NCBI GenBank assembly: GCA_951406725.2
Contig: OX597838.1
Coordinates: 35,402,001 to 35,466,000, forward strand
Direction of reading: 5' to 3'
DNA from: Octopus vulgaris
Lineage: Eukaryota
Length of the DNA stretch: 64,000 nucleotides
Shown: positions 11,838-23,430 of the stretch, piece after piece
How positions within the stretch are numbered: the stretch's first letter is position 1
How the letters are laid out: each line of letters begins with the position of its first letter
Position numbers and translations under genes: made by a program
Notes under the pieces: model-generated
Told to the model about the DNA's origin: nothing
The model's input: the letters and a program-made list of their open reading frames with translations, nothing else
Database searches by the model: none

Positions 11838-11880
<43 letters not shown>
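11480..11880. repeat. Compound (TA)n/(TATG)n microsatellite
   Basis: Read directly from the sequence. Confidence 0.95.
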
Positions 11881-11882
<2 letters not shown>

Positions 11883-12101
11883 TTGTACATATACATTTAT
11901 ATGAATACATAGCCAACAACATAAACACAAACAAACTTACATATAGGAAATATCCGTATCAAATAGTTTTGAGTAATTGATTTTATTTAAACTGCAGTTT
12001 TCTGATTCTGATTTTTCAACGATTCCAAAATTTAATTTTTTCTTCATTTATAATAATTTTTTATTTTATTTTATTTCTGTATGTTTTCCATTCTGATCTT
12101 T

Positions 12102-12138
<37 letters not shown>

Positions 12139-12629
12139 AAAATTTTCTTGTGTGTATATGTTTGTATGTGTTAGTCTTGTTTTAATTTTGTCATTTTCTT
12201 CCTTCCTACAGTTTTTTTCAGATATCATTTTTAAATTCATTTGACACCTAAGTTGGGTTTTTTTTCCCCTTAATTTCTTGTAGTAGTAGTAGTAGTAGTC
12301 ATAAGGTCTGCATTTCTGTGATAGTTTTCCTTCTCTTCTCTTCAGATATTTGCTCTCTGTCTTATGTTGTTGATACAAGTTTTTAACCCATGGTTTTGTC
12401 TTGAAATTTTATTACTCTTCCCTCACACGCATGAATGAACCCACTCCATCCTCCCCCGACCCACTGTCTGTATCTTCTCTTATGCTCACCTTCTTGTACC
12501 TTGAGAATTTGCTCTGCACCACATCACTATCACATTCATCCCCTTCCAACAACTCCCAACATCCCCTGTATAATGTGTGGTAGTGATGTATACTTGCTAT
12601 GCTTGTCTCTCTATCATATTTAGCCTTGG

Positions 12630-13016
12630 TGGAGGCGCAATGGCCCAGTGGTTAGGGCAGCGGACTCGCGGTCATAGGATTGCGGTTTCGATTCCCAGAC
12701 CGGGCCGTTGTGAGTGTTTATTGAGCGAAAACACCTAAAAGCTCCACGAGGCTCCGGCAGGGGATGGTGGTGATCCCTGCTGTACTCTTTCACCACAACT
12801 TTCTCTCACTCTTACTTCCTGTTTCTGTTGTACCTGTATTTCAAAGGGCCAGCCTTGTCACGCTCTGTGTCACGCTGAATATCCCTGAGAACTACGTTAA
12901 GGGTACACGTGTCTGTGGAGTGCTCAGCCACTTACACGTTAATTTCACGAGCAGGCTGTTCCGTTGATTCGGATCAACCGGAACCCTTGTCATCGTAACC
13001 GACGGAGTGCTTCCTA
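12630..13016 (+). mobile_element. Full-length SINE family C, tail type 1
   Basis: A/B boxes TGGCCCAGTGG / GTTTCGATTCC; 12-bp TSD ATTTAGCCTTGG at 12618-12629 and 13017-13028. Confidence 0.9.
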
Positions 13017-13357
13017 ATTTAGCCTTGGCATGAAATCACAACCCTGCTGCTACCTTGAATACTCCTCACCACCTTGTAGCTGGAGCTTTTCTCTATTCTC
13101 TGTCTTGCAAATTACTTGGCAGCTTCATTAATTCCAGTGACATGAAGAAAAGCACCCACCACACACCGTGAAGTGGTTGGTGTCAGGAAGGGCATCAAGC
13201 TGTACAAAATATGCCAAAGCTGACACTGAAGTTCATCATAGACCTTTGGCTTGCAGTATCCTGTCAAACTGTCCAGCCTGTCCCAGCATGGAAAATAGAC
13301 ATTAAATGATGATGATGACGAAGACGACGATGACTATTATTATTATTATTATTATTG

Positions 13358-13860
13358 AAGTGGCAAGCTAGCAAAATTGTTAGCATGCTGGGAAAAATAC
13401 TTGGCATTTTATTTGCCTTTATGTTCCAAGTTCAAATTCTACTGAGGTCATCTTTACCATTCATCTTTTCAGGGTTGATAAAATAAGTACCATTTGAGAA
13501 CTGGGGTTGATTTAATCAACTTACCCCTTCTGTGAATTTGCTGGCCTTGTCCCAAAATTTGAGACCCTTATTACTATTACTATTATTATCATCATTATCA
13601 TTATTATTATTGTCTCTTTATCAGAGGTTTTGTTGGAGCTCCTGGAGCCTTGCATGCATAGCGGGCGTACTACCTGCAGCCTATGGTACCGTGCTATACA
13701 TTCTTTTCAGCTACATTCTGAGTTCAAATTCTGCCGAGGTTGACTTTGCGTTTCATCCTTTTGGGGTCGATAAATTAAGTACCAGTGAAACACTGGGGTC
13801 GATGTAATCAACTAGTCCCCTCCCCCAGAAATCTGAGGCCTTGTGCCTCCAATTTGAGAG
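13358..13860 (+). mobile_element. Two degenerate family A SINE copies
   Basis: GAGTTCAAATTCTGCCGAGGTTGACTTTGCGTTTCATCCTTTTGGGGTCGATAAATTAAGTACC. Confidence 0.75.
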
Positions 13861-14092
13861 GATTATTACTCTTTACTTGTTTCAGTCATTTGACTGTGGC
13901 CATGCTGGAGCACCGCCTTTAGTCGAGTAAATCAACCCCGGGACTTATTCTTTGTAAGCCCAGTACTTATTCTATCGGTCTCTTTTGCCGAACGGCTAAG
14001 TGACGGGGATGTAAACACACCAGCATCGGTTGTCAAGCGATGTTGGGGGGACAAACACAGACACACACACATACTCATATATATATATACAT

Positions 14093-15280
14093 ACCAAAGT
14101 ATTAGTAAGCAGCAAGAGGTACTCAGCACACATCCCCTCGGGTAGGTGGCCCTGCTCAACCTGTAGGAAAGGTACAGGTAGAAACTCCATAAGATGCACC
14201 CAATGTAAGTTATGGACACATAAGAGGTGCAGCAACATTAAAGGGAAATTAACAGATAAGATAGCTTTCATGTGCGGCAGATGCACAGGGACAATAGACA
14301 CAACAGACACTCAGAAAACAGATTCCATCACACTCCAGGGAGAGAAACTAGAAGTAGTTGATAGTTTCCGCTACCTGGGAGACCAAGTTAGTAGCGGAGG
14401 TGGATGCACAGAGAGTATCACCACTAGAATACGAATAGCCTGGGCAAAGTTCAGAAAGCTCCTACCCCTACTGGCAACAAAAGGTCTCTCCCTCAGAGCA
14501 AAAGGTAGATTGTATGATGCATGTGTGCGAACTGCCATGCTTCACGGTAATGAAACATGGGCTGTGACTGCAGAAGACATGCGTAGACTTGAAAGAAATG
14601 AAGCTAGCATGATCCGCTGGATGTGTAGTGTCAGTGTGCACGCAAAACAGAGTGTAAGTATCCTGAGAGAAATGCTGGATATAAGAAGCATCAGATGTGG
14701 TGTGCAAGAGCGACGCTTGCGATGGTATGGTCATGTGCTGCGGATGGATGAAGAGAGATGTGTGAAGAAGTGCCACTCCCAAACAGTTGAAGGTATCAGG
14801 GGGAGAGGTAGACCCAGGAAGACATGGGATGAGGTGGTCAAGTGAGGCAATGGCGAAGGACCGAGATCTCTGGAGATATGCTGTGACTACAAAGACCCGG
14901 GCTGCTTTCTGCAGCAATTCCACATACCCCCTACCCATTCTAAGTACCCCGGATCCCCAAAGTACCCTGGATCCCCAAAGTACCCCGATCCCCAAAGTAC
15001 CCCGGACCTTGTTGCCCCCGTGCCGCTGACACGTTAAAATGCTCGAACCGATCGTGACGATGCCGGACCCTCCGGCCCCTGTGCAGGTGGCACGTAAAAA
15101 GCACCCAATCCACTCACGGAGTGGTTGGCGTTAGGAAGGGCATCCAGCCGTAGAAACTCTGCCAGATTCAGACTGGAGCCTGGAGCGGCCCCTGGCTTCC
15201 CAGACCCGGTCAAACCGTCCAACCCGTGCTAGCGCGGAAAGCGGACGTTAAACGATGATGATGATGATGATGATGATGAT
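14093..15280 (+). mobile_element. 5'-truncated RTE-clade LINE: RT C-terminus with embedded C4HC3 zinc finger, 3' UTR and (GAT)n tail
   Basis: TKVLVS..CSTC..CTQC..HKRC..CGRC..LEVVDSFRYLGD..RIRIAWAKF..ETWA..RRLRWYGHVLRM..GRGRPRKTW; small deletion/frameshift near 14843. Confidence 0.9.
14942..15008 (+). repeat. ~18-bp tandem repeat (AAGTACCCCGGATCCCCA) x~4 in the LINE 3' UTR
   Basis: Read directly from the sequence. Confidence 0.85.
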
Positions 15281-15446
15281 ATATGCGACAGGCTTCTTTC
15301 AGTTTCCGTCTACCAAATCCACTCACAAGGCATTGGTCGGCCAGGGGCTATAGCAGAAGACACTTTCCCAAGATGCCACGCAGTGGGACTGAACCCGGAA
15401 CCATATACTTGGGAAGCAAGCTACTTACCACAGCCACTCCTGCGCC

Positions 15447-15488
<42 letters not shown>

Positions 15489-16046
15489 GGCAGTGAGCTG
15501 GCAGAATTGCTTGCATGCTGGGTGAAATGCTTAGCGGTGTTTCAGCTGTCTTCATGTTCTGAATTCAAATTCCACCGAGGTTGACTCTGCTCCTCAACCT
15601 TTCAGGGCCAATGAAATAAGCACCACTTACGCACTCGGGTTGAGTTAATTGACCAGCACCCTCCTCAAAGTTTCAGTCCTTCTGCCTTTTATACTGTTAT
15701 CTTCAAAATCCTCCAAATGTTTGCTTCTCACTGAAATTAGGTATTTTCATTCAAAGTAAAATTTGAAACTAAAAAGAGAGAGAGAGAGAACTGAAATCAT
15801 TGATATTTTTATTTGGTTGTGTAGCCATCATTATTTAATGGCTTCATTATTTAATTTTTTTATATATACACATGCTGATATATGACCTATGTTGGACTCC
15901 TTATTCACATAATCACCAAACCTGGAACTTAATTATGTCTGTCTATAGCACTTACCCAGCATTACCTGACACCTTTGGGTCTTATTGACACCATTACCTC
16001 TCATAACCTACATATACACACACACACACACTAGTATCAAATGATA

Positions 16047-16104
<58 letters not shown>

Positions 16105-16847
16105 AAGAGAGAGAAAGAGAGAATAGGCTCCTACTATTTCTAAGGTTTGGTCAGTCTGGGGTATAGTAGAAGACACTTGCCCTAGCTGTTGTGCAGTTGG
16201 TCTGCACCCAGGACTACACAACTGGGGGAGGCAAGCTTTTTAACCATACAGCCACACTTATTCCGGTGGAAAAGAAGTATGGTTATGTTTTCCTTTCTTT
16301 TCATTTTTCTTTTCCACATCTTCTAAAGGAAATGTCTCCATGTGTGTGTGCACAAATAAACCCCCCCACACACATATATACATAATAAAGAATGGCTTGC
16401 TTGCTTGCTTGGTTAATTACTTTGTCATGCTTTTTGAAAATTTTAATTATTTTTCTCTTGATTTACTCACCAACCCCAGTCTCTTCCCATCATGTGAAAT
16501 GATAGGAAAATAGTTCTGAGTCAATAAGTTTTGCATTATCAGACTTTTTTTTTGTCACTCTTTGACTGTATTATTTGTTTCTTTTTCTTGTAGCTTTATT
16601 GATCTTGTAGTGAATACGAGGATGGTGGTTGTGTTTGTAGTGGTTTTTGGAGATATATGTGATTATAGGTGCAGGCATGGCTTTGTGGTTGAGAGGTTTG
16701 CTCCCCAACCGCTTGGTTTCAGGTTCAGTTCCACCACATGACTCCTTGCGCAAGTGTTTTCTATTGTAACCCTTGTAACTCCAGACTGACCAATGGAATG
16801 TGAGTAAATTTGGTGGGAAAAAGATGGGGAATGAAAGAAGCCCCTTG

Positions 16848-17222
16848 TATAATAATAAAACATTGTGTACAGTGCTCAGGTGCACTACAACTCATCTAAA
16901 GTGTATGTATAGTACATAGGGTAATGTACAAGCGTCAGGAAAAGAACAGTGCATGAGTCATGACATACACATATGTGTATGAGTATGGAAGGGGGTCAAT
17001 CAGGTGTAGTTTCGGTGGATTTCGAAAAGCATGAGGGCCTTAAAGGATGCAGTGTCATGGCAGTCAACAACTGACGCAGGCAATTTGTTCCATGCTTCGG
17101 CAACTCTGAGCATGAAAAAATGTTTCCGAAAGTCATGGGAGCTGTGCTGTTTTCTGACTTTGTAGGCATGTCCACGTGTGTTGGACACATGGAGATCAAA
17201 AAGGTGTTCAGTGTTGTTGTTG
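16848..17222 (-). mobile_element. CR1-clade LINE 3' end
   Basis: NTRGHAYKVRKQHSSHDFRKHFFMLRVAEAWNKLP..SFK; same family as 39245-39858. Confidence 0.85.
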
Positions 17223-18117
17223 GTGGTGGTGTGTGTTTTGTCTCTCTGTAAGACATTGACTGATTGTTGTAAATGAATTTCTTTTATTTCCAATATTCTG
17301 CAAAGACAAGTAAGGCCATATGGAAATATCCCCATCCATGGGAAGAAGTGATGCACGGAAAGAAGTGATGCTTGACAAAAACGAAGGTCACAGAAAAACT
17401 GCCTCATTCAATCCATCCAACTAATGTGGGCTTGGAAAATTGTTCATGAAAATGGTATGGTTGACTTTGATTAGTCCTGGGTGAATCCTAAGTAAGTCTG
17501 TCTTTGATTTAAGGCATCCTGGTCATGGCTTTGCCATTATTTTTAGCAGAACATGGGAATAAGTTATCTTGCAGAACATGGGAATAAGTTATCCAGTGGT
17601 GGTGCCCCAGCATGGCCGTGGCCGTCGGGCTAAAACATTTTTATGGATTTAAGGATTTAATCTGTTTGGCTGAGCTCCCCAACCCCACAAAAAACTTAGT
17701 CCAGTGCTTTAACCGAGCTATGAATCCCTACTCCTAGATTTTTGAACACTAATATAGAATCCATATCTTTTACACAACCCACATGAAATGCAACTTAGAG
17801 AAATAAAGAGTGAAAAGGGGAAGACATTCGCCAATGAAATGAGGTTTAATGCAGGAATCAAGATTCCTTCCTCACCTTCCTATCCAACTCACCAATTGCA
17901 CCAAAAAAACAAAAAACAAAAAAACAACAAGTTAGAGTGAGGAAATGAGGAGGAGATAAAGATTTTTAATGGAGTAAGAATATGAGAAATTCTTATTAAA
18001 TTTTATGAAATATTGATCTTTTACTTCCCACTGCATCAAGTCATACTTAAGAATATGGCTACCCATCTCTCTAAAGAACTGACTAAAATATATTAAAAAG
18101 AATAAAATTCTCTACAT

Positions 18118-18530
18118 AGGCACAGGAGTGGGTGTGTGGTAAGTAGCTTGCTAACCAACCACATGGTTCCGGGTTCAGTCCCACTGCGTGGCATCTTGGG
18201 CAAGTGTCTTCTGCTATAGCCCCAGGCCGACCAATGCCTTGTGAGTGGATTTGGTAGATGGAAACTGAAAGAAGCCTGTCGTATATATGTATATATATAT
18301 ACATAAGTGTGTGTGTATATGTTTGTGTGTCTGTGTTTGTCCCCCTAGCATTGCTTGACAACTGATGCTGGTGTGTTTATGTCCCCGTCACTTAGCGGTT
18401 CGGCAAAAGAGACCGATAGAATAAGTACTGGGCTTACAAAGTCCAGGGGTTGAGTTGCTTGATTAAAGGCAGTGCTCCAGCATGGCCGCAGTCAAATGAC
18501 TGAAACAAGTAAAAGATTAAAGAGTAAAGA
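18118..18530 (+). mobile_element. SINE family B, full length
   Basis: Same head, CORE-like motif and tail as the other family B copies. Confidence 0.9.
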
Positions 18531-18579
18531 GGTACAAGCATCATTGTGTGGTCAGACATTTGTTTCCTAACTGTATGGT

Positions 18580-19518
18580 TTGTAAGAAAATTACTATTTG
18601 TAAATCTCACAACGAGAGATATTCAGCAACAGTACTTTCGAGTAAAGATTATTTGCCAACATAACATGGCAATCCTGGTTTAGGACGAATGTTGCTGTAA
18701 CTTAGCCCCAGGAGACATCGTCTCCAGCTGGCTATATGACACGATCTATGCGAAAATAAAAGGACACAATTCACTCTGCCAGAATTTGGAAGGGATATGC
18801 TGTACTGCTTGGCATTCATGCCAGAAGCTCCAATACATACATTTCAGAGCATTTGGGTGTCAATCTGAGGACAGTGCAATCTGAGTACATTTACTGGGAG
18901 GGATAAAACTCAAACATCCAGTAAACATCATGGTGGTTGGAGTGATCACTAGTGATGGTGACATTATGCTTCCGTTCATCTTCCCACATGGCCTCAGACT
19001 CAACGTGGAGGCCTACATCAAATGCCTGGAAGAGGTAGTGCTGTTCCGGGTCAAGAAGGTGACTGCTGGAAGACCCTAATGTTGGGCAACAGGACTCTGC
19101 ATCATGCCACACAAGCAGGAGAACCCAGTCACAGCTGTCAGGCAATTTCTATGACTACATCACCCCTAACAACTGGCCACCTAACTCCCCAGACTGCAAC
19201 CCCCTTCATTATGATGTGTGGGGTGCAGTTGAGGGAGAGTCCAACAAAACTCCTTGTAACAACAAAGATAAACTGAAGGCAAGGATTATGGCAGCATTCG
19301 CCAACTTAAACAAGGAAACCCTCTAGAAGGGTTGCAGGAGATTCCAAAGTCGTCTGGAGGCTGTGGTTGAAGCCAATGGCAATTTTATTGAATAAATTTA
19401 CTCTTTAGTATTTCAAGATATTTTTATGTAATTTTGGCAAATATATCTGTTACAATGAGATGTCAGTGTTATTTTCATTTTTGCGTAATGTAGCTGACAG
19501 TTTATTCACTGCACCCTG
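18580..19518 (+). mobile_element. Internally deleted Tc1/mariner-superfamily transposon, DD37D (maT-like) spacing
   Basis: HTH remnant ISEHLGVNLRTVQ; HPVNIMVVGVITSDG..QQD-x37-(H for D) with WPPNSPDCNPL; ends RLEAVVEANGNFIE*; right terminus ...TTCACTGCACCCTG. Confidence 0.85.
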
Positions 19519-19659
19519 TGCGTACATATGTACGTACGTACGTACGTATGTATACATACATACATACCATAGATCCATCTGAAGCACATCCCAAGGAGCC
19601 ACACAGTGGAACTGAACCCGGAATCATGTGGTTGGTAAGAAAGCTACGTACCATACAGC

Positions 19660-19703
<44 letters not shown>

Positions 19704-20538
19704 CGGCTTCCTTCAGTTTTCATCTGTCAAGTCAATTCAACAAAGCTTTTCTTGATCCAGAGCTACAATAGAAGACACTTTCACAAGGTTCTGCTTGGTG
19801 GGACTGAACTGAAGACCACATGGTTGAGAAGCAATTTTCTTAACAACACAACCATGCCTATGACAATAGATAGAAAAAATAATTATGAAAAACAAAAAAA
19901 AGAGAACAAAGCAAGACAAGACAAAATGGCAATTAATTATTTTGTGTGTTTCTGGCCTTGTTTGAAATGAATCATTATTTGAGCTGAGATAGATAAACTA
20001 GTTAGGACACTGGTCAAGTAACACTAAAACTTAGTCATTAAGTACTTATTTTAAAATGATATATATATATATAACAAAGAAAAAGAAGAAAAAAAAAACA
20101 ATAAAGGTGGCAGGAGCAATTAATGACAATTTGTTAAACACCTACACCATTACTACTAATTTAAACATTTATATAAGCTGAAAAAAAAGTAAACAAAAAA
20201 CATAAAATTAATGTAAAAAAATTATAAACAAAATAATAGGAAACAAAAGCAAGTGAGAAAATGTAATGCGAAGAAAAATTAAAAATAGAGAAAAAAAAAA
20301 AAATTGATCGCTATAACAAATCAAAGAGAAAATAGTAAATACATAAATTAATGAGTAAATAAATAAAATAGATAAATAAATAAATAGACAAAATGTTGGT
20401 GATTAGAAGACAGAACTGTTGTTTTTTTTCGTCCAATTTCTTTCTCTCTCTCTCTCTCTCCATATATAATTATATGTATGTATATAAGTGTATGTATACC
20501 TGAGTATATTTATACGCGTATGTATATATGTATGTAAA

Positions 20539-20579
<41 letters not shown>

Positions 20580-20613
20580 CATTTAACATCCATTTACCAT
20601 ACTGTTAGATATA

Positions 20614-20651
<38 letters not shown>

Positions 20652-21110
20652 TATAATAATGTCTTTACATGCATGTATATACATATATATATATATATGT
20701 GTGTGTGTGTATGTGTGTGTGTATATCTGTGTGTGTGTGTGTATCTGTGTGTGTGTGTATATATATCTGTGTGTGTGTGTATATATTCGTATTTATCACT
20801 GTTTCCCTCTGTAGATACATCTCACTTTATACACACAAACACACATATAATCACTGCCATATCTATCTTTTTTTTTGTTTTACTATCAGTTATTTTACTT
20901 TATCATTTGTTTTCTTTTTACACAGTTAAACTTTGTTTCTTACTCATGTAGATTTTTTAAAATTAATTTCATGAGAGACTTTCTGGTTTTCACAGTAAGT
21001 CAAATAATTATTTATCTCTTAATGTTTTTCCCCCCAAATCAAAATGCCATTTTTTTTTTTTTTTACTTCTCTCTACATATGTCTTTATGTAATTTTGCAT
21101 CTGTGTGTGT

Positions 21111-21170
<60 letters not shown>

Positions 21171-21173
<3 letters not shown>

Positions 21174-21723
21174 AGGTCACTTTCGAGTGCTACTGGTAAC
21201 ATGTAACCCAGTACAACCTGTTGCATGGTCGGGTCGTCGGTGACTAAACCGGCAACCCCACCAAGCTTGCTTGGTGAGGAGGGTGTTTATTGGTCACCCT
21301 GCGGGATGAAAAACAAAACCCGTCAAAGGGTGGAGGAACTCTTGAGAGTCAACGGCCATCCAATAAATGTCTTAAGGTTGTATCATGTGCGGGGACATAG
21401 AAATAATCGGACTGAATACCCGATCGCGCAGTTAAACCATTGGGAGTGAAGGACTTCTGGCCTTTGTTAGGGTATCCTTCTAGGAGAAGGTAACTCAGGT
21501 AACTGGGATAACTCCGACATAAAACCTGCGGCTCAGTGGTTACCGATGATGTTGACTTGCTCTTCTTTTCGGATTATGGCTGCTGTTGCTTAGTGAGTGG
21601 GATTAACTCAGTGCATAGCCTTTCCTCACTTTAAAAAAAAATTTTCTTGCTAGGCATTGCACGATAACAACATTGATTAAGCTTCGTGCAATGGCCATAC
21701 TCGATAACGAGGGGGCAGCCACC
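21171..21723 (+). mobile_element. CpG-rich structured insert in (TA)n, resembling an RTE/RTE-X LINE 5' UTR
   Basis: Sharp composition change from the flanks; several hairpins; motifs TGGTGAGGAGGG and TCTAGGAGAAGGTAACTC recalled from RTE-type 5' UTRs (not verified by search). Confidence 0.5.
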
Positions 21724-21991
21724 ATATATATATGTAAGACAATTCAAATAAATAAGGAGAATTATACATCTACACACTTTTTATTATTATAGTCATTTAT
21801 ACAGCATATTCCCTTTAAACCTCTGACCTATGTTTCTGCTTCATGAATATCTTGTTATATGGTGTTTGTTTACATTTTGTTGTATTATCTGCGTCCAGGT
21901 TTTATCCTGGTTAAAAACATATCCATGCAGCTCTACTCAAGGTGTTGCCACTATTAAGGTTTGAAGTGAACTCAAGTATAATTGTTTAGAG

Positions 21992-22210
21992 CAGTGCTTT
22001 TCAAACTTTTTGCTGCAGCGGAACCCCAAGGAAACATTCCACTGGCTCAAGGAACCCCTGTGCAATAATTTAATAGTCTTATGCACACATATCTGCGCAG
22101 GAGAATTAAAAATTACTGCCGATTTTAGCAGTTTTGTAACCTCTTGCGGAACCCCTGGACTGAACTGGTGGAACCCTAAGGTTCCGCGGAACACTGGTTG
22201 AAAACCACTG
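21992..22210 (+). mobile_element. 219-bp hAT MITE with 8-bp TSD
   Basis: TIRs CAGTGCTTTTCAA / TTGAAAACCACTG; TSD GTTTAGAG on both sides. Confidence 0.92.
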
Positions 22211-22236
22211 GTTTAGAGAGTCTTATATGCTTAGTG

Positions 22237-22550
22237 TGGAGGTGCAATGGCCCAGTGGTTAGGGCAGTGGACTCGCGATTGTAGGATCGTTGTTTCGATT
22301 CCCAGACTGGGTGTTGCGAGTGTTTATTGAGCGAAAACACCTAAAGCTCCACGAGGCTCCTGCAGGGGGTGATGGTGATCCCTGCTGTACTCTTTTGCCA
22401 CAATTTTCTCTCATTCTTCCTTCTATTGGCCTGCTCGTTTAGCCAGCGGGGTGGTGTCATATGAAGGCTAAAATAATGCAAAGCGCATTGTGACCAGCGA
22501 TGTGTAGCAACATGTGATAGCCTGGTTGGTCACGGTGATCATGGTGATAT
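22237..22550 (+). mobile_element. SINE family C, tail type 2
   Basis: Family C head followed by TTGGCCTGCTCG..GAAGGCTAAAA..TGTGACCAGCGATGTG..CACGGTGATCA. Confidence 0.85.
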
Positions 22551-22634
22551 GTTTGGTAGGGGACAATTATTGTTCAGTGCAAAGAATATGTGAGGTAGAA
22601 ATGAGAAAACTGATATGGTCTTAAAGTTTGTTAT

Positions 22635-22814
22635 AGGCGCATGCATAGCTGTGTGGTAAGAAACTTACTTCCCAACCACATGGTTCCTGGTTCAGTCCCA
22701 CTGTGTGGCACCATGAGCAAGTGTTTTCTACTATAGCCTTGGGTCAACCAAAGCTTTGTGAGTGGATTTGGTAGATGGAAACTGAAAGAAGTCCATCATA
22801 TACTCATATACATA

Positions 22815-22879
<65 letters not shown>

Positions 22880-23075
22880 ATGTGTGCCTGTATTTGTCCC
22901 CCTGTCACTGCTTGACAACTGCTTTTGGTATGTTTACGTCCCTGTAACTTAGCAGTTTGGCAAAACAGACTGATAGAATAAGTACTAAGCTTAAAAAAAT
23001 AAGCTCTGGAGTTGATTTATTTCACTAAAATTCTTCAAGGTGGTGCTCCAGCATGGTTGCAGTCAAAAGAATAAA
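22635..23075 (+). mobile_element. SINE family B, older diverged copy
   Basis: Recognisable head, (TA)n tract and GGTGCTCCAGCATGG tail. Confidence 0.8.
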
Positions 23076-23229
23076 AGAAAGACTATCAGATCAACTCCAA
23101 AATGACCCCCAAAGTTTATATGTAGAATCATGAATGCCCTGTATTAAAGAAGGTCAGAATATATTTCATCCACTTGCCTTAAAACGAAATTGATAGGACT
23201 AATTTCTAAGAGAGATTTGTATACATTAA

Positions 23230-23430
23230 CCCAGAAAGTGCCTCTGGATCTGAGTACAAATGTCTTGTTTTCATAAGTTTTGAATTAAAATTTTCCACTA
23301 AACCTTAGTCCCAATTTATGTTCCTAACACTACCTGAATGATTACTAAGTTATTTTACTAAATTCTTTGTTTTATTTAAAGTAATCGAAAGAATACAGAG
23401 CATCTCAAAATAAATACAGTAACAAAAGGG
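23230..23430 (+). mobile_element. piggyBac-type MITE
   Basis: TTAA|CCC ... AAAAGGG|TTAA; body matches 46464-46684. Confidence 0.7.

Larger units (their letters stand above)
13867..15447 (-). mobile_element. SINE family B split by an RTE LINE inserted in its (TA)n tract
   Basis: 3' half at 13867-14092 and 5' half at 15281-15447 join into one complete SINE. Confidence 0.85.

Noticed and set aside
12630-12705. tRNA genes at SINE heads
   Set aside because: A/B boxes are present but run directly into SINE bodies with TSDs; no complete cloverleaf could be supported
17546-17593. 25-bp direct duplication GCAGAACATGGGAATAAGTTATC
   Set aside because: Only two copies; ordinary slippage duplication
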